Shown here: positions 11,221-20,413 of the stretch, in pieces | Numbering within the stretch: position 1 is the first letter of the stretch | Layout: the number at the start of each line of letters is the position of its first letter | NCBI GenBank assembly: GCA_963747925.1 | Contig: CAVVHA010000008.1 | Span: forward strand, 8,736 to 72,735 | Length of the DNA: 64,000 nt | Direction: 5' to 3' | Source of the DNA: an uncultured Acidobacteriota bacterium | GTDB lineage: Bacteria > Acidobacteriota > Polarisedimenticolia > QHYA01 > CAVVHA01 | The notes under the pieces: model-generated | What the model saw: only the letters and a program-made list of their open reading frames with translations | Databases searched by the model: none | What the model was told of the DNA's origin: nothing | Program-made: the position numbers and the translations under genes

Positions 11221-11787
11221 ATGACGATCGAACAGCTTCTCGCGGCCGCGAAGGCCGACACGACCCGGTCCAACTGGAAGACCACCCTGCCGAAGCCCGA
11301 GCAGGCCACGTTCGAGCCGGGAAAGAGCTACTTCGTCTCCTTCGCGACCAACAAGGGGACGGTCCGGATCAAGTTCCTGCCGGACGTCGCCCCGATGCAC
11401 GTGACGAGCTTCATGTACCTCTCGAAGCTCGGCTTCTACGACGGGCTCGCCTTCCACCGGGTCATCACCGGCTTCATGGCCCAGGGGGGATGCCCCCTCG
11501 GGACCGGGACCGGCGGTCCGGGCTACAAGTTCGGCGGCGAGTTCCGCAAGGATGTCCGGCACGACCGCCCGGGCCTGCTCTCGATGGCGAACGCGGGAGA
11601 GGGCACCGACGGGAGCCAGTTCTTCCTGACCTTCGTGCCGACGCCGTGGCTCGACGGGAAGCACACGATCTTCGGCGAGGTCGTCGAGGGACACGACGTC
11701 CTCAAGGCGCTCGAGGCGGCCGGTTCACAGAGCGGCGCGACGCGCGAGCCGCTGCGCATCGAGAAGGCGACGCTGGAAATCGTCTGA
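11221..11787 (+). CDS. ppiB: Cytoplasmic cyclophilin-type PPIase
   Basis: 188-aa intact ORF (FHRVITGFMAQGGCP…GSQFFLTFVPTPWLDGKHTIFGEVVEGHDVL). Confidence 0.85.
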   Translation: MTIEQLLAAAKADTTRSNWKTTLPKPEQATFEPGKSYFVSFATNKGTVRIKFLPDVAPMHVTSFMYLSKLGFYDGLAFHRVITGFMAQGGCPLGTGTGGPGYKFGGEFRKDVRHDRPGLLSMANAGEGTDGSQFFLTFVPTPWLDGKHTIFGEVVEGHDVLKALEAAGSQSGATREPLRIEKATLEIV

Positions 11788-11817
11788 TCCCGCCGGGAGG
11801 GACGAACTCTCCACACA

Positions 11818-11845
11818 GGGGCGCCGGCGACGGCGCCCCTTTTCA
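11818..11845 (+). terminator. Rho-independent terminator after ppiB
   Basis: GGGGCGCC-ggcgac-GGCGCCCC hairpin followed by TTTTCATT, 30 nt after the ppiB stop. Confidence 0.55.
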
Positions 11846-11877
11846 TTGTGAAAACGAGCCGGACGGCGGGGTCGGTC

Positions 11878-12111
11878 TTATTCCCGCGGGCGGTGGCAGG
11901 AGCGGCCGGCAACGCAGGTGTCGGGCGCGACGTATCCCTCGTCCGGGCCCATCATCTTCATCGTCTTGAGACACCAGTAGACGGCGGTCGAGGAGCCGCC
12001 GGGGATCGCGCTGTCCGCCTTCGGATTCGCCGGCAGGTAGTTCCCCTTGCTTCGCAGGAGGGCGCAGGGAGCGTCGGGGGCCGGGAGCATCGCTTCGTCA
12101 CCGCTGGTCAT
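11878..12111 (-). CDS. Small (77 aa) Cys-containing hypothetical protein at the distal end of the aldehyde oxidoreductase gene string
   Basis: ORF with a GAGGAAGGA ribosome-binding site 7 nt before the ATG. Four Cys residues. No recognisable family. Confidence 0.35.
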   Translation of the reverse strand: MTSGDEAMLPAPDAPCALLRSKGNYLPANPKADSAIPGGSSTAVYWCLKTMKMMGPDEGYVAPDTCVAGRSCHRPRE

Positions 12112-12230
12112 GTCCAGGTCCTTCCTCGTCGGTCAGCCGATCAGGCTAGCAGTCGAGGCGGCGCGGGTCTGTGTGGGGCCGCGCGAATGAAGAGCGTGAG
12201 GGGGGAGGAGATCCGATTCACCCCGCAGCC

Positions 12231-13225
12231 TCAGACCGCCTTCAGGATCGCCCGCTTCACGACCTCGCGGAAAAGGGCGACCTTGTAGGCGTTGCCGGAC
12301 ATCGGCTTCGCGCCCTGCACCGCCGCCTCGCCCGCCGCCTCGGCGCTCTTCTCCGTCACGGCCTTCCCCGCGAGCGCCTTCTCGGCCGCGAGGGCGCGCC
12401 ACGGCACGGGCGCGGCGGCGCCGAGGACGATCCGCGCCGACTTCACGGCGCCCCCGGCGCTCCTTCACCAGCGCGACCGCGACCTCGGCGAGCGGCCAGT
12501 CGTGGCTTTCCTTCTCGCGGACCCGCAGCAGGGCAAAGGCGCTCCCCGGGGCGGGCGGAAGGACGCGGATGCGCGAGACGACCTCGCCCGGCTTCAGGGC
12601 GTTCTCGCGCGCGACGTCCAGGTCGGGCATCGTGAAGAACTGCTCCGCGGTCAGGACGCGGCCCCCGTCGGCCGACGCCGTCTCGATCCCGGCTCCCAGC
12701 GCCGCCAGCGCGAGGCCGGTCGAGGAGGGACTGACGATGTGGCAGGGCCCGTCGCCGAAGATGGCGTGGTAGCGGTTGTCCCCCTCGACGGCGAAGCAGG
12801 TGTCCCCGCCCTTCTTGAGACACGGGAAGTCGGAGCTGCGGAAGTACCAGCAGCGCGGGCGCTGGCAGAGGTTCCCGCCGAGCGTGGCGACGTTGCGCAG
12901 CTGCGGGGTCGCCGCCTCGCCCGGCCGCCTTCGCCAGCAGGGGGTAGCGGGCGAGGATCTTCGGGTGGTTCGCGATCGCGTCGAGCGTCGCGAGCGGCCC
13001 GATGGCGAGCCCCTCGGCGGGGTCGTCCGCGATCTCCGCCAGGTCCTTCAGCGCGAGGAGGTTGATCAGGCTCGCCGGCGCCGCGATCCCCTCCTTCATC
13101 CGGTCCACGAGGTCGATGCCGCCCGCCTTGAGCGCCGCGCCCTCGCCTCCGAGCGCGGCGTACTTCTTCAGGAGCATCGTCACGGCATCGAGGCTGGTCG
13201 GGACCAGGTATTCGAAGTCACGCAC
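12231..13225 (-). CDS. FAD-binding subunit of a xanthine-dehydrogenase-family molybdoenzyme (PaoB/CoxM-like); at least 3 frameshifts
   Basis: ORF 12443-13225 covers the N-terminus (MRDFEYLVPTSLDAV…GGIDLVDRMKEGIAAP). Shifting frames gives AATPQLRNVATLGGNLCQRPRCWYFRSSDFPCLKKGGDTCFAV. ORF 12133-12630 and ORF 12231-12446 supply the C-terminal CoxM region. Confidence 0.75.
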
Positions 13226-15534
13226 GGTTGCCTCCCAGCGCCGCGAGGACCCGCGCGGGCGTCATCGGCAGCTCGAACAGGCGCACGCCGGTGGCGTGGT
13301 GGAACGCGTTCGCGATCGCGGCGGCCGTCGGGACGGCGGGCGGCTCGCCGATCCCGAGCGCCCCGATGTTGTTGGAGCCGGCCGCGACCGTGAACGGGAT
13401 CGCGACGATCTCGGGGATGTCGAGCGAGCCCGCGATCTTGTACTGCTCGAGGTTCGGGTTCACCATCCTGCCGGTCGCGGGGTCGAGCAGGCGCTCCTCG
13501 AACAGCGCGAAGGACAGGCCCTGGATCACCCCGCCGTTGATCTGGCTCTCGGCCGTCAGGGGGTTGATCACGCGCCCGCAGTCCTGCACGGCGACCACCT
13601 TGACGACGCGGAGCTTCCCCGTGCGCGTGTCGACCTCGACCTCCGCGAACTGCACGCCCGCGATCAGGTCCTCGAACCCCTCGTAGTTTTCCGCCCGGCT
13701 CCCCTGCGCCGTCAGGACCTCGCCCGGGATCTTCGCCGCCACCTGCCTGAAGGAGAGGCTCGCGCCCGATCCGCCCCCGGCGCGGAAGACGGGCCCCGGC
13801 GTTTCGACCGCGACCGCTCCTTCCTCGACCCCGAGCGCGCGCGCCGCGACGGCGGCCAGCCGCTTCTTCGCGTCGAAGGCGGCCGCGCGCACGGCCGGCA
13901 TCAGGGTCGGCACCGTCGTGGAGCCGCCGCTGGCGGGCCCCTCCGGCCACTCGGTCCTCCCCAGGCGGACCGTGATCGACCCCATCGGCACCCCCAGCTC
14001 CTCCGCCACGACCATCGCCATGAGGGTCCGGGTGCCCGTGCCGATGTCCTGCGCGCCGTTCAGCACCTCGACGCCGCCGTCCTTCGAGACCCGCACGATC
14101 ACGGTCGCGCCGGCGCCGCCGGTGTTGTACCAGACCGCCGACCCCATGCCGATGCCGCGCTTCACGGGAGAGTTCGCGTTCGCCACGGCGAGCGCCGCGC
14201 GCCGCGACCAGCCGATCTCCTTCGCGCCGACGTCGTACTGCGCGAGCCGCACGGGGTGCTTGTCGATCCTCCTGCGGTACTCGAGCGGGTCGAGCCCGCA
14301 CTTCCAGGCCATCATGTCGATCGCCTGCTCGTACGCGAAGGCGCCCTGGGGGTGCCCCGGCGCGCGCATGTAGGCGGCCGGCCCCGCGTTCGTCAGGACG
14401 TCGGTCTCGTCGGTCCGCACGTTCGCGACCTTGTAGGTGGCCTGGACCGGCCCGGCGACGCCGGCTCCGGAGGCGATGCCCGGCGTCCCGTACGAGACGA
14501 GCGAGACGGCGTCGAGGGTCCCCCCCTTCCCGCCGCCGAGCTTCAGGGTCATGACCGCGTTGGGCCGGTTGCCGGCGACGAGCTGCTCCTCCTTGCGCGT
14601 GAGCATCAGGCTCACGGGCGCCTTCGCCTCCTTCGCGAGGCGCGCCGCGACCAGCGCGAACGAGCCGGGCCCGAACTTCGAGCCGAACCCTCCGCCCATG
14701 TACTCGGTGATGACCTTCACCTTCGATTTCGGGATCTCGAGCCCCTCGGCCAGCCCGTCGCGGACCGAGAAGGTCCCCTGCGTCGAGGCCCAGACCGTCA
14801 GCTCGTCCCCGTCCCACATCGCGACGACGCCGTGCGTTTCGAGGCAGCAGTGGGTCTGGACCTGGGTGCGGAACGTCTGCTCGACCGAGACCGGGGCGGC
14901 GGAGAGCGACTTCAGGGCATCCCCGCGGGATCGCACCTTTTCGGGCCGGAGGTTGGGCGAGGGCGTTGCCGCGGTCGGCGCCCCCGCTTCCTCGGTGGCG
15001 GCGGAGCCTGTTCGTCCCCGCCCGGGTAGGCCCCGGGCTCTCTGCACCTTGTCCGCCGGCCCGAAGACGGCGGGCGCCCCGGGCCGGCGCGCCTTCTCGA
15101 GGTCCACGACCCAGGGACGCGTTTCGTACGTGACCTCGAAGAGCGCGAGCGCTTCCTCGGCCGCTTCGGGCGACGTGGCCGCGACGGCCGCGACTTCCTC
15201 GCCCTGGCAGCGGGCCGTCGATCCCCTCGAAGGTCAGGACCGCCCGCACCGCCGGGTGCGCCCGGACCTTCGCGGCGTTCACCTTCGCGATCTTCGCGGC
15301 AGGGTGCGGGCAGCGGAGCACGCGCGCGTACAGAAGCCCCGGCGGCCTCACGTCGGAAGTGTACTTCGCCGCGCCCGTGACCTTCGCGCGCGCGTCCACG
15401 CGCGGCTGGCGCGTGCCGACCACCTTGAGGGCCGCGTCCGCGCCCCAGGGATCCGGATCGCCGTCGGCGACCGTTACCTCGAGCGGCTGCGGCTTGCCGG
15501 GAAGGCCGACCAGCGTCTTCACCTTGCGGCTCAT
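13218..15534 (-). CDS. Molybdopterin-binding large subunit of an aldehyde oxidoreductase / xanthine-dehydrogenase-family enzyme (PaoC-like); one frameshift near 15215
   Basis: Start MSRKVKTLVGLPGKP…KVTGAAKYTSDV at 15534. ORF 13218-15107 carries the Ald_Xan_dh_C domains (QTHCCLETHGVVAMWDGDELTVWASTQ …). The stop overlaps the start of the FAD subunit by 8 nt. Confidence 0.8.
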
Positions 15535-15595
15535 CGTTCGACCTCCCGGGGCACCGGACCGGCGCCTGCTGCCCGCATCGCGGCCGGAGTGCGGC

Positions 15596-16295
15596 TCATG
15601 GCTTCCTCCTCGGCGCGCCCTTCGCCGCCGCGAGGGCCGCCTCGAAGACCTTCGGATAGGTCCCGCACCTGCAGAGGTTGCCCGACACCGCGTGCCTGAC
15701 CTCGTCGAGGGTGGGATCCGCGTTCCGGTCGAGGAGCCCGCGCACCGACATGATCATCCCCGGCGTGCAGTACCCGCACATCAGCGCATCCTTCTCGATG
15801 AACGCTTCCTGCACGGGATCGAGCGTCTCGCCCTTCGCCAGCCCCTCGATCGTGCGGAGCTCGCGGCCGCGGGCGTCGAGCGCGAGCATCAGGCACGAGT
15901 TCACGGGCCGCCCGTCGAGCAGCACGGTGCACCCGCCGCAGGCCCCGCGGTCGCAGACCTGCTTCGTGCCGGTCAGGTCGAGCCGGTCGCGCAGCGCCGA
16001 CCAGGAGGGTCGTCCGCGGCTCGACCGTCACCTTCCGCGCCGCGCCGTTGACCCGCAGCACGATCTCGACCGGGCCCGGCGGGATCCGCTCCTCGAGGAA
16101 CGGGGTCCCCTCGACCGCGGCGCCGGCGGCGGTCGCGCTGCCGGCGAGCGTGGCGAGGCCGAGCGCGGGGGAAACCGCCGTCGCCGCGGCCCCCGTGCCG
16201 AGCCGTCTCAGCATGTCGCGGCGGGAGATGCCTGTTTGCCCGCCTGTTCCGGCTGCTGCCTGCGTCCTGTCTTTTCGTTTCGAGGCCATGGGCAT
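15596..16295 (-). CDS. [2Fe-2S] small subunit (PaoA/CoxS-like) with twin-arginine signal peptide; one frameshift near 15960
   Basis: N-terminus MPMASKRKDRTQ…GISRRDMLRRLGTGAAATAV (Tat motif SRRDML), then a ferredoxin-like domain (IVLRVNGAARKVTVEPRTTLL). ORF 15596-15925 gives the second FeS domain (CGYCTPGMIMS … GNLCRCGTYPKV). Confidence 0.75.
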
Positions 16296-16434
16296 GGCTC
16301 CCCGGTGTGGAGCCCGATTATACGACCCGCTCCTGGCGCGCGGGGGCGGTGCGCCCGGGGGACGCCCTCCCGCACGCGGCCGCTTGTGAAACGCGCCCGC
16401 CGGTCCCGCGCGCACGCCCCCGGGGCGGGACCGG

Positions 16435-17838
16435 CTAGATTCCCGTCGGCTCCGGCTCCTCGGGCGAGGGAAGCGGGCGGCGCGCGCCGGGAAGCTGCGT
16501 GTGCTTCCAGGTCCCGCGGCGGAACCAGAGAGCGAGGATCGCGGCGCGGATGACGCAGGTGAGGCTCATCGTCCAGGCGATCCCGGCGACGCCGAGCCCG
16601 AGACCGAAGACGGCCCACCAGGCGAGCGGGATCCTCGCGACGGCGAACGCGACGTGGATCACCATCGGGGGCACCGTGTTGCCGGCGCCGGCGAACCCTC
16701 CGCCGATCGCCCCTTCGAGCCCCGTCGCGAGCTGGCACAGCGCGATGATCCGCAGGAACGGCGCGCCGATCCGCAGCACCTCGGGATCGCGGGTGAAGAT
16801 GTAGATCAGCGGCCCGGGCAGCGCGAGCATGATCAGCCCGAGGGCCCCTCCGATCACCGACATGATCCCGACCGCGCTCCAGGCCCCTCTCTCCGCGCGC
16901 CGGAGGTTCTTCGCGCCGAGGTTCTGGCCGACGAAGGCCGAGGTCGCCACCGCGAACCCGTCGCCCGTCAGGTAGGTGATCGACTCCAGCCGGTTGCCGA
17001 TCCCGAGCAGCGCCACCGCCGCATCGCCGAAGAAGGCCGCGATGTGCGCGTACCAGAGGTAGACGCCGGAGAAGAGGATGCCGATCGCGGCGTACGGGGC
17101 GCCGACGCCGACCAGCGAGCGGAGCGTCGGCAGATCGAGCGACCTCAGCGACGGCGCGTGGATCGGCAGGTCCGGGTGCCGGCGCGCGATCAGGACGAGG
17201 TACGCGACGACCGCCCCGGCCTGGCAGATGAGCGTGGCGATCGCCGAGCCCGCCACCTCGAGGCGCGGGAAGGGGCCGATGCCGAAGATGAAGAACGGCG
17301 CGAGGGCGATGTTGCCCACGACCGCGCCGCCCGTGATGAGCATGGGGGTCAGCGTGTTCCCGCAGGCGCGCATCACGGAGCCGGCGGTGAGAATGATGAA
17401 GGCGAGCGGCGTGCCGAGCGCGATGATCCGCAGGTAGGCCGTGCCGGCGGCGGAAGCGCGGGGCTCCGTCCCGACCAGCTGGAACAGCCAGCCCGCGCCC
17501 AGGTAGCCGAAGATCATCACCGCGACGCTCAGCGCGAGCGTGAGCCAGATCGCCTGCGCGGTGACATGTCCCGCGCGGGCCCGGTCCCCCGCCCCGACCG
17601 CGCGGCTCACGTGCGCGCCGAGACCGATCATCACGAGGTTCGCGAGCGAGAAGGCGATCCAGAGCGAGAACATCGAGGTCATGATCGCGCCCGTCGCCCA
17701 GGCTCCCAGGAAGCCGACCCACGCGACATCGACGATGTGGAAGGCGGTGTGCAGCGCCTCCTGGCCGATGACGGGTCCCGCCAGCCCGAGCAGCGCGCGG
17801 ACCGGAGGCCCTTCGAGGACGAGCTCTTTCGCCTTCAC
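16435..17838 (-). CDS. MATE-family multidrug/oligosaccharidyl-lipid efflux transporter
   Basis: 467-aa intact ORF with 12 predicted TM helices and typical MATE composition. Confidence 0.85.
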   Translation of the reverse strand: MKAKELVLEGPPVRALLGLAGPVIGQEALHTAFHIVDVAWVGFLGAWATGAIMTSMFSLWIAFSLANLVMIGLGAHVSRAVGAGDRARAGHVTAQAIWLTLALSVAVMIFGYLGAGWLFQLVGTEPRASAAGTAYLRIIALGTPLAFIILTAGSVMRACGNTLTPMLITGGAVVGNIALAPFFIFGIGPFPRLEVAGSAIATLICQAGAVVAYLVLIARRHPDLPIHAPSLRSLDLPTLRSLVGVGAPYAAIGILFSGVYLWYAHIAAFFGDAAVALLGIGNRLESITYLTGDGFAVATSAFVGQNLGAKNLRRAERGAWSAVGIMSVIGGALGLIMLALPGPLIYIFTRDPEVLRIGAPFLRIIALCQLATGLEGAIGGGFAGAGNTVPPMVIHVAFAVARIPLAWWAVFGLGLGVAGIAWTMSLTCVIRAAILALWFRRGTWKHTQLPGARRPLPSPEEPEPTGI

Positions 17839-18210
17839 GGTCCGGCGATTCTAGTTCATGTGAGGGATCCGGCAATCGTCCGGGACTGTCCATTTTGCCC
17901 GGTCCAGAGTCTCGCAATGAGATCGAGGCCCGCCCGGCTGATTCCGCAGGGAGATTTCATTGAGCTGGATTGGAGATTTCGGCCCGGGACGGATCGCCAT
18001 GAGGAGCACCGCGCCGGGGATCCGTCTCAGATCGAGACGAGGCGGCGGATCGGCCCCGACGCTCCGGACCGCGCAGGTCGGCATGGTAAGTCATTTTTTT
18101 TCAAGATGTTACGTCGCCGAATATGATCTGGCATCCGGAACGCTCACCTCAGGCATCGAGCTTGCGCTTCCAGGGGGCACACAGGCAGGAGTCGCCAGGG
18201 AGCCACGACG

Positions 18211-18830
18211 ATGAAGGTGGTCGGGATCAGCCGTCTTTTCCGAACAGCGGAAGTGGAAGCGAGGCCGCTGGCTGCCGCCGGGAACCACAGGTGGCCGGGA
18301 GAGACCCCGGGGACCATCGTCAACCGCACTGAGCCGGTCCTGGCCATGATCGGCCGTCTGTTCGGACGCCCCCCTGTGAAGGGTCCGAGCCGGCGCCGCC
18401 GCCGGCGCCGCGCCGAAGCCGCGCCGCCCTGGAAACGCCGCCCACGCAGATGCGGCTCCCCGAGCTGCGCCGCTTCGTCGCGATCAGCGAGCCCGTGGAG
18501 CCCGGCGATGTCATCGTCCTCGACCGCGCTCGCCGCGGGCAGATGAAGCCCGGCGACACGGCCGGCGATCACGCCGTGATCGGCGTCGTCGCTGCCGATC
18601 CCGGCCGGATCATCGGCCGCGCCGCCGTCACCGTCTCCGGCGTGGTCACCTGCAAGGCGGACGCCGCCTACGGGCCGATTCACGAAGGCGACACGCTCAC
18701 CGTTTCTCCGACGCGAGGGCACGCGATGCACTGCCCGAGCCATCCGACTGGCGCGAATCCTCGGAAAGGCGCTCCAGTCGCTCGACTCGGGCTGCGGTCT
18801 GATCAAGGTGCTGGTGACGCTGCGTTAGCG
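18211..18830 (+). CDS. Hypothetical protein (poly-Arg tract; C-terminal small beta-barrel-like segment); probably frameshifted near 18440; end uncertain
   Basis: ORF 18211-18546 has a GGGAG ribosome-binding site. ORF 18450-19082 continues colinearly (SEPVEPGDVIVLDRARRGQMKPGDTAGDHAVIGVV…). No family assignment. Confidence 0.25.
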
Positions 18831-18927
18831 ACCGGCAGGGGACCTGGAGGATCGGGGGAAGTGACTCCCGAACTTCGACGGTCCGAGGGAACGATCGGAT
18901 TCAGGGCGGGGAGTTCCGCCAGGGGAG

Positions 18928-19272
18928 GTGGCCATGCTTCGGTTGGCGGCATCGGTCATTGGTCTGGTCGGCGTTGGAACCTTCTGCGGCGTGATGAACG
19001 GAGGCCCGACCCAGGACGAGCGGCTGGCAAGGATCGAGAACGAGCGCCGGCTCGCGGCGGTCCGGGCGGAGATCGACGTTGAAAGGATGGGCCTGACGGG
19101 CCTCGTGACGGACCTCGAGGTCGCCTCGCGCGACCTGCAGGAGCGCGAGGCCGCGATCAAGGCCCTGAAACAGGAGATCAACGCGATCGTGCTGAGCCAC
19201 CCGAAGGGGATTCCCCCCGACCTTTTCGCCAGCCTACACGCAGCTCGCGTGCGCGCCACAGCGCGCTCGTGA
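18928..19272 (+). CDS. Hypothetical protein with an N-terminal hydrophobic segment and a coiled-coil
   Basis: 114-aa ORF with a GGGAGGTGG ribosome-binding site. Confidence 0.35.
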   Translation: MAMLRLAASVIGLVGVGTFCGVMNGGPTQDERLARIENERRLAAVRAEIDVERMGLTGLVTDLEVASRDLQEREAAIKALKQEINAIVLSHPKGIPPDLFASLHAARVRATARS

Positions 19273-19464
19273 GACGAATACCTCAGGGAGTCGAAGCGCT
19301 ACTCGGCCCGCTATTCCGACTACATGGCGCGTGTCCGGGCGAACGACCGGAGGATGCGCGAAGCCTGCGTGCTGGCCGGGAAGCTCGGACTGGTCTGGTA
19401 CGTCGTCGAGGATGCAGGCACGCGCGCGCCCCGGCCGGCGGACACGCAGGGCTGAGCGCCACCC

Positions 19465-20128
19465 TCAGCGCGGGGTCAGGCGCTTCTGGCCCGACTCGTG
19501 CTCGAGGAGCCATTGCTTGCGCGCGAGCCCGCCGCCGAAACCGGTGAGCGAGCCGCCGGACCCGATCACGCGGTGGCACGGAACGACGATCGCCACGGGA
19601 TTCCGTCCGTTGGCGCCCCCCACGGCGCGCGCCGCGGCCGGGCCCAGGCCGATCGCCCGCGCGATCTCGCCGTAGGTCCTCGTTTCGCCGCAGGGGATCG
19701 TCACGAGCGCCTCCCCAGACTGCCTTCTCGAACTCGGTTCCCGCGGGGGAGAGCGGCAGGTCGAAGCGGGTCCTTTTTCCCTCGAAGTACTCTGACAGCT
19801 GGCGGATGCACTCCCTGACGTGGGCCCCCGCGGCGCCGTTGTCCGCGGAGCCCTCGGGCGCATTCGGGGCTCGGCGGTCTTCCCCTCCCCGCGCCCGCCG
19901 GCGGCGCGGCCCGGTCCCGGTCGCGGCCGTCGAATACCTCGTGGGCGGGCAGCGTGTCGTCGCTGTCCCCCGGCGGGAACTCGATCGCCGAGATGCCGTT
20001 CGCGTCGGCACGAATCGTCAGGAGGCCGATCGGCGTCGCAATCGTCCCTTCCGCCTCACACGAGGACGCCGCCGGGCCGCCCGTTGTCTCTTCACCGGTC
20101 TTCCACCGGGTCTCCGTCCGGGACATCA
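19465..20128 (-). CDS. ogt: Methylated-DNA-[protein]-cysteine S-methyltransferase; about 2 frameshifts
   Basis: ORF 19465-19863 carries the active-site region ([57 protein letters not shown]). The N-terminal and middle parts ([22 protein letters not shown]; [28 protein letters not shown]) lie in two other frames. Confidence 0.75.
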
Positions 20129-20413
20129 TCGCAGCTCCCCCCGGAGGGCCGGTCCAGGCATCGGCTGCAGGCCCGCGGTCGGCCCGAGGCCGGCGGCGCG
20201 AGCCCCCCGCGGATGGTTCAGGCATCGGCATCGCGATTCTGCGCGCAGCGCGAGGCGCACCGGCACCGGCCCCTGCCCCTGCCGTAGGATGATCGAACCT
20301 CCGGCAGCGCTCCCGTCGTTTCGCAAGCGAATCCCCGGCGAGAGCCGAATTTTCCACGGCCCGCGGCCCCGTGGGCCGATTGCCGCCGCTTCGAGGGATA
20401 TGAGATAGTTACG

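Noticed and set aside
10278-11309. 343-aa minus-strand ORF and 10466-11224 plus ORF
   Set aside because: They overlap ppiA in other frames. ppiA itself has a clean signal peptide and cyclophilin fold, so the alternatives are artefacts.
13180-15534. 784-aa ORF
   Set aside because: Only its first ~100 aa are the true PaoC-like N-terminus. The rest is the wrong frame of the same gene after the frameshift at about 15215. The real continuation is ORF 13218-15107.
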